Shown here: one piece after another, positions 29,401 through 44,500 of the stretch
How the letters are laid out: every line of letters begins with the position of its first letter
Numbering within the stretch: position 1 is the stretch's first letter
Assembly: GCA_964016885.1 (NCBI GenBank)
Contig: OZ024743.1
Location: forward strand, 139,934,001-139,998,000
Length of the DNA stretch: 64,000 nucleotides
Origin: Eledone cirrhosa
Taxonomy: Eukaryota
Reading direction: 5' to 3'
Translations under genes and position numbers: made by a program
Notes under the pieces: model-generated
What the model was told of the DNA's origin: nothing
Database searches by the model: none
Seen by the model: the letters and a program-made list of their open reading frames with translations, nothing else

Positions 29401-32400
29401 ACCAGGCACCAAGCACCAAACACCAAGCACCATGCACCAAGCACCAAGCCCCAAACACTTAACACCAAGCACCAAGCACCAAGCACCAAACACCAATCAC
29501 CAAAAACCAAACACCAAGCACCAAGTACCAAACACCAAGCACCAAGCACCAAACACCAAGCACCAAGCACCAATCACCAGGCACCAAGCACCAAGCACCA
29601 AACACAAAACACCAAGCACCAAGCACCAAGCAGCAAACACCAAGCATCAAACACCAAACACCAAACACCAAGCACCAAACACCAAGCACCAAGCACCAAA
29701 CACCAAACACCAAGCACCAAGCACCAAGCACCAAACAACAAACACCAAGCACCAAACACCAGATATCAAGCACCAAGCACCAAACACCAAACACCAAGCA
29801 CCAAGCACCAAACACCAAACAACAAGCACCAGGCACCAAGCACCAAACACCAAACACCAAGCACCAAGCACCAAACACCAAACACCAAGCACGCAGCATC
29901 AAACACCAAGCACCAAGCACCAAGCACCAAACACCAAGCACCAAGCACCAAACACCAAGCACAAACACAAAGCACCAAGCACCAAACACCAAGCACCAAG
30001 CACCAAACACCAAGCACCAAGCACCAAACACCAAACCACAAGCACCAAACACCAAACCCCAAGCACCAAGCACCAAACACTAATCACCAAGCACCAAGCA
30101 CCAAACAACAAGCACCAAGCACCAAGCACCAGGCACCAAGCACCAAGCACCAAACACTAATCACCAAGCACCAAGCACCAAGCACCAAACACCAAGCACC
30201 AAGCACCAAGCACAAAATACCAAGCACCAAGCACCAAACACCAAACACCAAGCACCAAAGACCAAGCACGAAGCACCAAGCACCAAGCACCAAACAATAA
30301 GCACCAAGCACCAAGCACCAAACACCAAGCACCAAGCACCAAACACCAACCACCCAGCACCAAGCACCAAGCACCAAACACCAGGCACCAAACACTAAAC
30401 ACCAAACACCAAGCACCAAGCACCAAGCACCAAACACCAAGCACCAAGCACTAAGCACCAAACACCAAGCACCAAGCACCAAACACCAAACACCAAGCAC
30501 CAAGCACCAAACACCAAGCAGCAAGCAGCAAGCACCAAACACCAAACACCAAGCACCAAGCACCAAACACCAAGCACCAAGCACCAAACACCAAACACCA
30601 AGCACCAAAGACCAAGCACGAAGCACCAAGCACCAAGCACCAAACAATAAGCACCAAGCACCAAGCACCAAACACCAAGCACCAAGCACCAAGCCCCTAG
30701 CACCAAACACCAAACCCCAAGCACCAAGCACGCATCACCAAACACCAAGCACCAAGCACCAAGCACCAAAAACCAAGCACCAAGCACCAAGCACCAAAAA
30801 CCAAACACCAAACACCGAGCACCGAGAACCAAACACCAAACACCAAACAGCAAACACCAAGCACCAAGCACGAAACACCAGGCACCAAGCACCAAGTACC
30901 AAACACCAAACACCAAGCACCAAACACCAGCCACCAAGCACCAAGCACCAAACACCAAACACCAAGCACTAAGCACCAAACACCAAACAGCAAGCACCAG
31001 GCACCAAGCACCAAACACCAAACACCAAGCACGCAGCACCAAACACCAAGCACCAAGCACCAAGCACCAAACACCAAACACCAAGCACCAAGCACCAAGA
31101 ATCAAACACCAAACACCAAACAGCAAGCACCAAGCACCAAACACCAAGCACCAAACACGAAACACCAAGCACTAAGCACCAAACACCAAACAACAAGCAC
31201 CAGGCACCAAGCACCAAACACCAAACACCAAGCACGCAGCACCAAACACCAAGCACCAAGCACCAAGCACCAAACACCAAGCACCAATCACCAAACACCA
31301 AGCACCAAGCACCAAATACCAAGCACCAGGCACCAACCAGCAAACACCAAGCACCAAACACCAAACCCCAACCACCATAGACCAAGCATGAAGCACCAAA
31401 GAACAAACACCAAGCACCAAACACCAAACACCAAACACCAAACACCAAGCACCAAGCACTAAACAGCAAGCACCAAACACCAAACACCAAACAGCAAACA
31501 CCAAACAGCAAACACCAAACACCAAACAGCAAACGCCAAACACCAAGCACCAAGCACCAAGCACCAAACACCAAGCACCAAGCACCAAGCACAAAACACC
31601 AAACACCAAGCACCAAGGACCAAACATCAAACACCAAGCACCAAGCACCAAACACCAAACACCAAGCACCAAACACCAAGCACCAAACACCAAGCACCAA
31701 ACACCAAGCACCAAACACCAAACACCAAGCACCAAGCACCAAGCACCAAACACCAAGTACCAAACACCAAGCACCAAACACCAAGTCCCACGCACCAAGC
31801 AGCAAACACCAAGCACCAAGCCCCAAGCACCAAACACCAAGCACCAAGCACCAAGCCCCTAGCACCAAACACCAAACCCCAAGCACCAAGCACGCATCAC
31901 CAAACACCAAGCACCAAGCACCAAGCACCAAAAACCAAGCACCAAGCACCAAGCACCAAAAACCAAACACCAAACACCGAGCACCAAGAACCAAACACCA
32001 AACACCAAACAGCAAACACCAAGCACCAAGCACGAAACACCAGGCACCAAGCACCAAGTACCAAACACCAAACACCAAGCACCAAACACCAGCCACCAAG
32101 CACCAAGCACCAAACACCAAACACCAAGCACTAAGCACCAAACACCAAACAGCAAGCACCAGGCACCAAGCACCAAACACCAAACACCAAGCACGCAGCA
32201 CCAAACACCAAGCACCAAGCACCAAGCACCAAACACCAAACACCAAGCACCAAGCACCAAGAATCAAACACCAAACACCAAACAGCAAGCACCAAGCACC
32301 AAACACCAAGCACCAAACACGAAACACCAAGCACTAAGCACCAAACACCAAACAACAAGCACCAGGCACCAAGCACCAAACACCAAACACCAAGCACGCA

Positions 32401-34877
32401 GCACCAAACACCAAGCACCAAGCACCAAACACCAAGCACCAAGCACCAAATACTAAGCACCAGGCACCAAGCAGCAAACACCAAGCACCAAGCACCAAAC
32501 ACCAAGCACCAAACACAAAGCACCAAGCACCAAACACCAAACCCCAAGCACCAAACACCAAACCTCAAGCACCAAGCACAAAACACTAATCACCAAGCAC
32601 CAAGCACCAAACAACAAGCACCAAGCACCAAGCACCAGGCACCAAGCACCAAGCACCAAACACTAATCACCAAGCACCAACCACCAAGCACCAAACACCA
32701 AGCACCAAGCACCAAGCACAAAACAACAAGCACCAAGCACCAAACACCAAACACCAAGCACCAAAGACCAAGCACGAAGCACCAAGCACCAAGCACCAAA
32801 CAATAAGCACCAAGCACCAAGCACCAAACACCAAGCACCAAGCACCATGCACCAAGCACCAAGCACTAAGCACCAAACACCAAGCCCCAAGCACCAAGCA
32901 CCAAACACCAAACACCAAGCACCAAGCACCAAACACCAAGCACCAAGCACCATGCACCTAGCACCAAACACCAAACACCAAGCACCAAGCACCAAACACC
33001 AAGCACCAATCACCAAGCACCAAACACCAAGCAGCAAGCACCAAACACCAAGCACCAAACACCAAGCACCAAGCACCAAGCACCAAACACCAAGCACCAG
33101 CCACCAAGCACCAAACACCAAGCACCAGGCACCAAGCACCAAGCACCAAACACTAATCACCAAGCACCAACCACCAAGCACCAAACACCAAGCACCAAGC
33201 ACCAAGCACAAAACAACAAGCACCAAGCACCAAACACCAAACACCAAGCACCAAAGACCAAGCACGAAGCACCAAGCACCAAGCACCAAACAATAAGCAC
33301 CAAGCACCAATTACCAAAAACCAAACACCAAGCACCAAGTACCAAACACCAAGCACCAAGCACCAAACACCAAGCACCAAGCACCAATCACCAAACACCA
33401 AGAACCAAGCACCAAACACCAAGCACCCAGGACCAAACATCAAACACCAAGCACCAAGCACCAAACACCTAACACCAAGCACCAAGCACCAAGCACCGAA
33501 CACCAAGCACATAACACCAAGCACCAAACACCAAGCACCAAGCACCAAACACCAAGCACCAAACACCAAGCACCAAGCACCAAACACCAAGCACCAGGCA
33601 CCAAGCACCAAACACCAAGCACCATGCACCAAGCACCAAGCCCCAAACACTTAACACCAAGCACCAAGCACCAAGCACCAAACACCAATCACCAAAAACC
33701 AAACACCAAGCACCAAGTACCAAACACCAAGCACCAAGCACCAAACACCAAGCACCAAGCACCAATCACCAGGCACCAAGCACCAAGCACCAAACACAAA
33801 ACACCAAGCACCAAGCACCAAGCAGCAAACACCAAGCATCAAACACCAAACACCAAACACCAAGCACCAAACACCAAGCACCAAGCACCAAACACCAAAC
33901 ACCAAGCACCAAGCACCAAGCACCAAACAACAAACACCAAGCACCAAACACCAGATATCAAGCACCAAGCACCAAACACCAAACACCAAGCACCAAGCAC
34001 CAAACACCAAACAACAAGCACCAGGCACCAAGCACCAAACACCAAACACCAAGCACCAAGCACCAAACACCAAACACCAAGCACGCAGCATCAAACACCA
34101 AGCACCAAGCACCAAGCACCAAACACCAAGCACCAAGCACCAAACACCAAGCACAAACACAAAGCACCAAGCACCAAACACCAAGCACCAAGCACCAAAC
34201 ACCAAGCACCAAGCACCAAACACCAAACCACAAGCACCAAACACCAAACCCCAAGCACCAAGCACCAAACACTAATCACCAAGCACCAAGCACCAAACAA
34301 CAAGCACCAAGCACCAAGCACCAGGCACCAAGCACCAAGCACCAAACACTAATCACCAAGCACCAAGCACCAAGCACCAAACACCAAGCACCAAGCACCA
34401 AGCACAAAATACCAAGCACCAAGCACCAAACACCAAACACCAAGCACCAAAGACCAAGCACGAAGCACCAAGCACCAAGCACCAAACAATAAGCACCAAG
34501 CACCAAGCACCAAACACCAAGCACCAAGCACCAAACACCAACCACCCAGCACCAAGCACCAAGCACCAAACACCAGGCACCAAACACTAAACACCAAACA
34601 CCAAGCACCAAGCACCAAGCACCAAACACCAAGCACCAAGCACTAAGCATCAAACACCAAGCACCAAGCACCAAACACCAAACACCAAGCACCAAGCACC
34701 AAACACCAAGCAGCAAGCAGCAAGCACCAAACACCAAACACCAAGCACCAAGCACCAAACACCAAGCACCAAGCACCAAACACCAAACACCAAGCACCAA
34801 AGACCAAGCACGAAGCACCAAGCACCAAGCACCAAACAATAAGCACCAAGCACCAAGCACCAAACACCAAGCACCAA
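26463..34877 (+). repeat. Head-to-tail tandem duplication, period 4192 bp (599 units minus 1 bp)
   Basis: 26463-30685 matches 30655-34877. Identical ORF pairs 26505/30697, 26777/30969, 28471/32663 and 29432/33624. The 6-bp unit at 29961 is copied at 34153. One difference seen (C30458/T34650). Contains internal sub-duplications with offsets 1162 and 490. Confidence 0.96.
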
Positions 34878-37800
34878 ACACCAAGCCCCAAGCACCAAGC
34901 ACCAAACACCAAACACCAAGCACCAAGCACCAAACATCAAGCACCAAGCACCATGCACCTAGCACCAAACACCAAACACCAAGCACCAAGCACCAACACC
35001 AAGCACCAATCACCAAGCACCAAACACCAAGCAGCAAGCAGCAAGCACCAAACACCAAACACCAAGCACCAGGCACCAAACACCAAGCACCAAGGACCAA
35101 ACATCAAACACCAAGCACCAAGCACCAAACACCTAACACCAAGCACCAAGCACCAAGCACCAAGCACCAAACACCAAGCACATAACACCAAGCACCAAAC
35201 ACCAAGCACCAAGCACCAAACACCAAGCACCAAACACCAAGCACCAAGCACCAAACACCAACCACCCAGCACCAAGCACCAAGCACCAAACACCAGGCAC
35301 CAAACACTAAACACCAAACACCAAGCACCAAGCACCAAGCACCAAACACCAAGCACCAAGCACTAAGCACCAAACACCAAGCCCCAAGCACCAAGCACCA
35401 AACACCAAACACCAAGCACCAAGCACCAAACACCAAGCACCAAGCACCATGCACCTAGCACCAAACACCAAACACCAAGCACCAAGCACCAAACACCAAG
35501 CACCAATAACCAAGCACCAAACACCAAGCAGCAAGCAGCAAGCACCAAACACGAAACACCAAGCACCAAGCACCAAACACCAAGCACCAAGGACCAAACA
35601 TCAAACACCAAGCACCAAGCACCAAACACCTAACACCAAGCACCAAGCACCAAGCACCAAGCACCGAACACCAAGCACCAAACACCAAGCACCAAGCACC
35701 AAACACCAAGCACCAGGCACCAAGCACCAAACACCAAGCACCATGCACCAAGCACCAAACACCAAGCACCATGCACCAAGCACCAAGCCCCAAACACTTA
35801 ACACCAAGCACCAAGCACCAAGCACCAAACACCAATCACCCAAAACCAAACACCAAACACCAAACAGCAAGCACCAAGCACCAAACACCAAGCACCAATT
35901 ACCAAACACTAATCACCAAGCACCAAGCACCAAACACCGAGCACCACACACCAAGCACCAAGCACCAAACACCAAACCCCAACCACCATAGACCAAGCAC
36001 CAAGCACCAAAGAACAAACACCAAGCACCAAACACCAAACACCAAACACCAAACACCAAGCAACAAGCACTAAACAGCAAGCACCAAACACCAAACACCA
36101 AACAGCAAACACCAAACAGCAAACACCAAACACCAAACAGCAAACAGCAAACGCCAAACACCAAGCACCAAGCACCAAGCACCAAACACCAAGCACCAAG
36201 AACCAAGCACAAAACACCAAACACCAAGCACCAAGGACCAAACATCAAACACCAAGCACCAAGCACCAAACACCAAACACCAAGCACCAAACACCAAGCA
36301 CCAAACACCAAGCACCAAACACCAAGCACCAAACACCAAACACCCAGCACCAAACACCAAGCACCAAACACCAAGTACCAAACACCAAGCACCAAACACC
36401 AAGTCCCACGCACCAAGCAGCAAACACCAAGCACCAAGCCCCAAGCACCAAACACCAAGCACCAAGCACCAAGCCCCTAGCACCAAACACCAAACCCCAA
36501 GCACCAAGCACGCATCACCAAACACCAAGCACCAAGCACCAAGCACCAAAAACCAAGCACCAAGCACCAAGCACCAAAAACCAAACACCAAACACCGAGC
36601 ACCAAGAACCAAACACCAAACACCAAACAGCAAACACCAAGCACCAAGCACGAAACACCAGGCACCAAGCACCAAGTACCAAACACCAAGCACCAAGCAC
36701 CAAACACCAAACACCAAGCACTAAGCACCAAACACCAAACAGCAAGCACCAGGCACCAAGCACCAAACACCAAACACCAAGCACGCAGCACCAAACACCA
36801 AGCACCAAGCACCAAGCACCAAACACCAAACACCAAGCACCAAGCACCAAGAATCAAACACCAAACACCAAACAGCAAGCACCAAGCACCAAACACCAAG
36901 CACCAAACACGAAACACCAAGCACTAAGCACCAAACACCAAACAACAAGCACCAGGCACCAAGCACCAAACACCAAACACCAAGCACGCAGCACCAAACA
37001 CCAAGCACCAAGCACCAAGCACCAAACACCAAGCACCAAGCACCAAGCACCAAACACCAAACACCAAACACCAAGCACCAAGAACCAAACACCAAACACC
37101 AAACAGCAGGCACCAAGCACCAAACACCAAGCACCAATCACCAAACACTAATCACCAAGCACCACACCCCAAACACCAAGCACCAAGCAGCAAGCACCAA
37201 ACACCAAGCACCAAGCACCAAACACCAAGCACCAAACACCAAGCACCAAGCACCAAACACCAAACCCCAAGCACCAAAGACCAAGCACCAAGCACCAAGG
37301 ACCAAACACCAAGCACCAAGCACCAAACACCAAGCACCAAGCACCAAACACCCAGCACCAAGCTCCAAGCACCAAACACCAAGCACCAAGCACCAAACAC
37401 CAAACACCAAACACCAAGCATCAAGCACCAAACAGCAAGCACCAAACACCAAGCACCAAACACCAAGCACCAAACACAAAGTCCCATGCACCAAGCACCA
37501 AACACCAAACACCAAGCACCAAGCACCAAACACCAAGCACCAAGCACCAAGCCCCTAGCACCAAACACCAAACACCAAGCAAAAAGCACAAAACACCAAG
37601 CACCAATCACCAACCACCAAACACCAAGCACCAAGCACCAAGCACCAAGCACCAAACACCAAGCACCAATCACCAAACACCAAGCACCAAGCACCAAATA
37701 CCAAGCACCAGGCACCAAGCAGCAAACACCAAGCACCAAGCACCAAACACCAAGCACCAAACACAAAGCACCAAGCACCAAACACCAAACCCCAAGCACC

Positions 37801-40800
37801 AAACACCAAACCTCAAGCACCAAGCACAAAACACTAATCACCAAGCACCAAGCACCAAACAACAAGCACCAAGCACCAAGCACCAGGCACCAAGCACCAA
37901 GCACCAAACACTAATCACCAAGCACCAACCACCAAGCACCAAACACCAAGCACCAAGCACCAAGCACAAAACACCAAGCACCAAGCACCAAACACCAAAC
38001 ACCAAGCACCAAAGACCAAGCACGAAGCACCAAGCACCAAGCACCAAACAATAAGCACCAAGCAGCAAGCACCAAACACCAAGCACCAAGCACCATGCAC
38101 CAAGCACCAAGCACTAAGCACCAAACACCAAGCCCCAAGCACCAAGCACCAAACACCAAACACCAAGCACCAAGCACCAAACACCAAGCACCAAGCACCA
38201 AACACCAAGCACCAATCACCAAGCACCAAACACCAAGCAGCAAGCACCAAACACCAAGCACCAAACACCAAGCACCAAGCACCAAGCACCAAACACCAAG
38301 CACCAGGCACCAAGCACCAAACACCAACACCATGCACCAAGCACCAAGCCCCAAACACTTAACAACAAGCACCAAGCACCAAGCACCAAACACCAATCAC
38401 CAAAAACCAAACACCAAGCACCAAGTACCAAACACCAAGCACCAAGCACCAAACACCAAGCACCAAGCACCAATCACCAAACACCAAGAACCAAGCACCA
38501 AACACCAAGCACCAAGGACCAAACATCAAACACCAAGCACCAAGCACCAAACACCTAACACCAAGCACCAGGCACCAAGCACCGAACACCAAGCAAATAA
38601 CACCAAGCACCAAACACCAAGCACCAAGCACCAAACACCAAGCACCAAACACCAAGCACCAAGCACCAAACACCAAGCACCAGGCACCAAGCACCAAACA
38701 CCAAGCACCATGCACCAAGCACCAAGCCCCAAACACTTAACACCAAGCACCAAGCACCAAGCACCAAACACCAATCACCAAAAACCAAACACCAAGCACC
38801 AAGTACCAAACACCAAGCACCAAGCACCAAACACCAAGCACCAAGCACCAATCACCAAACACCAAGAACCAAGCACCATACACCAAGCACCAAGCACCAA
38901 GCACCAGGCACCAAGCACCAAGCACCAAACACAAAACACCAAGCACCAAGCAGCAAACACCAAGCATCAAACACCAAACACCAAACACCAAGCACCAAAC
39001 ACCAAGCACCAGGCACCAAACACCAAACACCAAGCACCAAGCACCAAGCATCAAACAACAAACACCAAGCACCAAACACCAGATATCAAGCACCAAGCAC
39101 CAAACACCAAACACCAAGCACCAAGCACCAAACACCAAACAACAAGCACCAGGCACCAAGCACCAAACACCAAACACCAAGCACCAAGCACCAAACACCA
39201 AACACCAAGCACGCAGCATCAAACACCAAGCACCAAGCACCAAGCACCAAACACCAAGCACCAAGCACCAAACACCAAGCACCAAACACAAAGCACCAAG
39301 CACCAAACACCAAGCACCAAGCACCAAACACCAAGCACCAAGCACCAAACACCAAACCACAAGCACCAAACACCAAACCCCAAGCACCAAGCACCAAACA
39401 CTAATCACCAAGCACCAAGCACCAAACAACAAGCACCAAGCACCAAGCACCAGGCACCAAGCACCAAGCACCAAACACTAATCACCAAGCACCAAGCACC
39501 AGGCACCAAACACCAAGCACCAAGCACCAAGCACAAAATACCAAGCACCAAGCACCAAACACCAAACACCAAGCACCAAAGACCAAGCACGAAGCACCAA
39601 GCACCAAGCACCAAACAATAAGCACCAAGCACCAAGCACCAAACACCAAGCACCAAGCACCAAACACCAACCACCCAGCACCAAGCACCAAGCACCAAAC
39701 ACCAGGCACCAAACACTAAACACCAAACACCAAGCACCAAGCACCAAGCACCAAACACCAAGCACCAAGCACTAAGCACCAAACACCAAGCCCCAAGCAC
39801 CAAGCACCAAACACCAAACACCAAGCACCAAGCACCAAACACCAAGCAGCAAGCAGCAAGCACCAAACACCAAACACCAAGCACCAAGCACCAAACACCA
39901 AGCACCAAGCACCAAACACCAAAAACCAAGCACCAAAGACCAAGCACGAAGCACCAAGCACCAAGCACCAAACAATAATCACCAAGCACCAAGCACCAAA
40001 CACCAAGCACCAAACACCAAGCCCCAAGCACCAAGCACCAAACACCAAACACCAAGCACCAAGCACCAAACACCAAGCACCAAGCACCATGCACCTAGCA
40101 CCAAACACCAAACACCAAGCACCAAGCACCAAACACCAAGCACCAATCACCAAGCACCAAACACCAAGCAGCAAGCAGCAAGCACCAAACACCAAACACC
40201 AAGCACCAAGCACCAAACACCAAGCACCAAGGACCAAACATCAAACACCAAGCACCAAGCACCAAACACCTAACACCAAGCACCAAGCACCAAGCACCAA
40301 GCACCGAACACCAAGCACATAACACCAAGCACCAAACACCAAGCACCAAGCACCAAACACCAAGCACCAAACACCAAGCACCAAGCACCAAACACCAACC
40401 ACCCAGCACCAAGCACCAAGCACCAAACACCAGGCACCAAACACTAAACACCAAACACCAAGCACCAAGCACCAAGCACCAAACACCAAGCACCAAGCAC
40501 TAAGCACCAAACACCAAGCCCCAAGCACCAAGCACCAAACACCAAACACCAGGCACCAAGCACCAAACACCAAGCACCAAGCACCATGCACCTAGCACCA
40601 AACACCAAACACCAGGCACCAAGCACCAAACACCAAGCACCAATAACCAAGCACCAAACACCAAGCAGCAAGCAGCAAGCACCAAACACGAAACACCAAG
40701 CACCAAGCACCAAACACCAAGCACCAAGGACCAAACATCAAACACCAAGCACCAAGCACCAAACACCAAACACCAAGCACCAAGCACCAAGCACCAAGCA

Positions 40801-41569
40801 CCGAACACCAAGCACCAAACACCAAGCACCAAGCACCAAGCACCAAACACCAAGCACAAGGCACCAAGCACCAAGCACCAAGCACCATGCACCAAGCACC
40901 AAACACCAAGCACCATGCACCAAGCACCAAGCCCCAAACACTTAACACCAAGCACCAAGCACCAAACACCATTCACCAAAAACCAAACACCAAGCACCAA
41001 GTACCAAACACCAAGCACCAAGCACCAAACACCAAGCACCAAGCACCAATCACCAAACACCAAGAACCAAGCACCATACACCAAGCACCAAGCACCAAGG
41101 ACCAGGCACCAAGCACCAAGCAGCAAACACCAAGCATCAAACACCAAACACCAAACACCAAGCACCAAACACCAAGCACCAAGCACCAAACACCAAACAC
41201 CAAGCACCAAGCACCAAGCACCAAACAACAAACACCAAGCACCAAACACCAGATATCAAGCACCAAGCACCAAACACCAAACACCAAGCACCAAGCACCA
41301 AACACCAAACAACAAGCACCAGGCACCAAGCACCAAACACCAAACACCAAGCACCAAGCACCAAACACCAAACACCAAGCATGCAGCATCAAACACCAAG
41401 CACCAAGCACCAAGCACCAAACACCAAGCACCAAGCACCAAATACCAAGCACCAAAAACAAAGCACCAAGCACCAAACACCAAGCACCAAGCACCAAACA
41501 CCAAGCACCAAGCACCAAACACCAAACCACAAGCACCAAACACCAAACCCCAAGCACCAAGCACCAAAC

Positions 41570-44500
41570 ACTAATCACCAAGCACCAAGCACCAAACAAC
41601 AAGCACCAAGCACCAAGCACCAGGCACCAAGCACCAAGCACCATACACTAATCACCAAGCACCAAGCACCAAGCACCAAACACCATGCACCAAGCACCAA
41701 GCACCAAAAACCAAGCACCAAGCACCAAACACCAAACACCAAGATCCAAACACCAAGCACCAAGCACCAAGCACCAACCACCCAGCACCAAGCACCAAGC
41801 ACCAAGCACTAAGCACCAAACACCAAGCCCCAAGTACCAAGCACCAAACACCAAACACCAAGCACCAAGCACCAATCACCAAACACCAAGAACCAAGCAC
41901 CAAACACCAAGCCTTTAGGACCAAGCACCAGGCACCAAGCACCAAGCACCAAACACAAAACACCAAGCACCAAGCACCAAGCAGCAAACACCAAACACCA
42001 AGCACCAAGCACCAAACACCAAACACCAAGCACCAAGCACCAAGCACCAAACACCAAACACCAAGCACCATACACCAAACACCAAGCACCAAGCACCAAA
42101 CACCAAACAACAAGCACCAGGCAACAAGCACCAAACACCAAACACCAAGCATGCAGCATTAAACACCAAGCACCAAGCACCAAACACCAAGCACCAAGCA
42201 CCAAGCACCAAGTACCAAACACCAAACACCAAGCACCAAACACCAAACACCAAGCACCAAGCACCAAGCACGAAACACCAGGCACCAAGCACCAAGCACC
42301 AAACACCAAACACCAAGCACCAAACACCAGCCACCAAGCACCAAGCACCAAACACTACTCACCAAGCACCAAGCACCAAACACCAAGCACCAAGCGCCAA
42401 ACACCAAACCCCAACCACCATAGACCAAGCACCAAGCACCAAGGAACAAACACCAAGCACCAAGCACCAAGCACCACACACCAAGCACCAAGCACCAAGC
42501 ACTAAACAGCAAGCACCAAACACCAAACACCAAACAACAAACACCAAACAGCAAACACCAAACACCAAACAGCAAACAGCAAACGCCAAACACCAAGCAC
42601 CAAGCACCAAGCACCAAACACCAAGCACCAAGCACCAAGAACCAAACACCAAACACCAAACAGCAAGCACCAAGCACCAAACACCAAGCACCAAACACCA
42701 AACCCCAAGCACCAATCACCAAACACTAATCACCAAGCACCAAGCACCAAACACCGAGCACCAAACACCAAGCACCAAGCACCAAACACCAAACCCCAAC
42801 CACCATAGACCAAGCACCAAGCACCAAAGAACAAACACCAAGCACCAAGCACCAAGCACCAAACACCAAGCACCAAGCACCAAACACCCAGCACCAAGCA
42901 CCAAGCATCAAACAACAAGCACCAAGCACCAAACACCAAACACCAAACACCAAGCACCAAGCACTAAACAGCTAGCACCAAACACCAAACACCAAACAGC
43001 AAACACCAAACAGCAAACACCAAACACCAAACAGCAAACAGCACACGCCAAACACCAAGCACCAAGCACCAAGCACCAAACACCAAGCACCAAGCACCAA
43101 GCACAAAACACCAAACACCAAGCACCAAACACCAAGCATCAAACACCAAGCACCAAGCACCAAACACCAAACACCAAGCACCAAACACCAAGCACCAAAC
43201 ACCAAGCACCAAACACCAAGCACCAAACACGAAACACCAAGCACCAAGCACCAAGCACCAAACACCAAGTACCAAACACCAAGCACCAAACACCAAGTCC
43301 CACTCACCAAGCAGCAAACACCAAGCACCAAGCCCCAAGCACCAAGCACCAAGCACCAAGCACCAAGCCCCTAGCACCAAACACCAAACACCAAGCACTA
43401 AGCACAAAACACCAAGCACCAATCACCACGCACCAAACACCAAGCATCAAGCAGCAAGCACCAAACACCAAACACCAAGCACCAAGCACCAAATACCAAA
43501 CACCAAGCACCAAGGACCAAACATCAAACACCAAGCACCAAGCACCAAACGCCTAACACCAAGCACCAAGCACCAAGCACCAAGCACCAAACACCAAGTA
43601 CCAATCACCATACACCAAGCACCAAGCACCAGGCACCAAGCACCAAACACCAAGCACCAAGCACCAAACAGCAAGCACCAAGACCGAAGCACCAAACACC
43701 AAGCACCAAGCACAAAGCACCAAGCACCAAGCACCAAAAACCAAACACCAAGCACCAAGTACCAAACACCAAGCACTAAGAACCAAACACCAAGCACCAA
43801 GCACCAATCACCAAATACCAAGTACCAAGCACCAAACAGCAAGCACCAAGCACCAAGCACCAGGCACCAAGCACCAAGCAACAGACACAAAACACCAAGC
43901 ACCAAGCACCAAGCAGCAAACACCAAGCATCAAACACCAAACACCAAACACCAAGCACCAAACACCAAGCACCAAGCACCAAACACCAGACACCAAGCAC
44001 CAAGCACCAAGCACCAAATACCAAACACCAAGCACCAAACACCAGATACCAAGCACCAAGCACCAAACACCAAACTCCAAGCACCAAGCGCCAAACACCA
44101 AACAACAAGCACCAGGCACCAAGCACCAAACACCAAACACCAAGCACCAAGCACCAAACACCAAACACCAAGCACGCAGCATCAAACACCAAGCACCAAG
44201 CACCAAGCACCAAGCACCAAACACCAAGCACCAAGCACCAAGCCCCAAGCAGCAAGCACCAAACACCAAGCAACAAGCACCAAATACCAAGCACCAAGCA
44301 CCAATCACCAAGCACCAAACACCAAGCACCAAAAAATAAGCACCAAGCACCAAACACCAAGCACCAAGCACCAAACACCAACCACCCGGCACCAAGCACC
44401 AAGCACTAAACACCAAGCACCAAACACCAAACACCAAGCACCAAGCACCAAGCGCCAAGCACCAAACACCAAGCACCAAGCACTAAGCACCAAACACCAA

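Noticed and set aside
41913-41919. CTTTAGG resembling plant or insect telomere motifs (TTTAGGG/TTAGG)
   Set aside because: It is a single in-register unit on the C-rich strand, derivable by two C-to-T changes from the CCCTAGG unit found at homologous positions 50489, 55416 and 59958.
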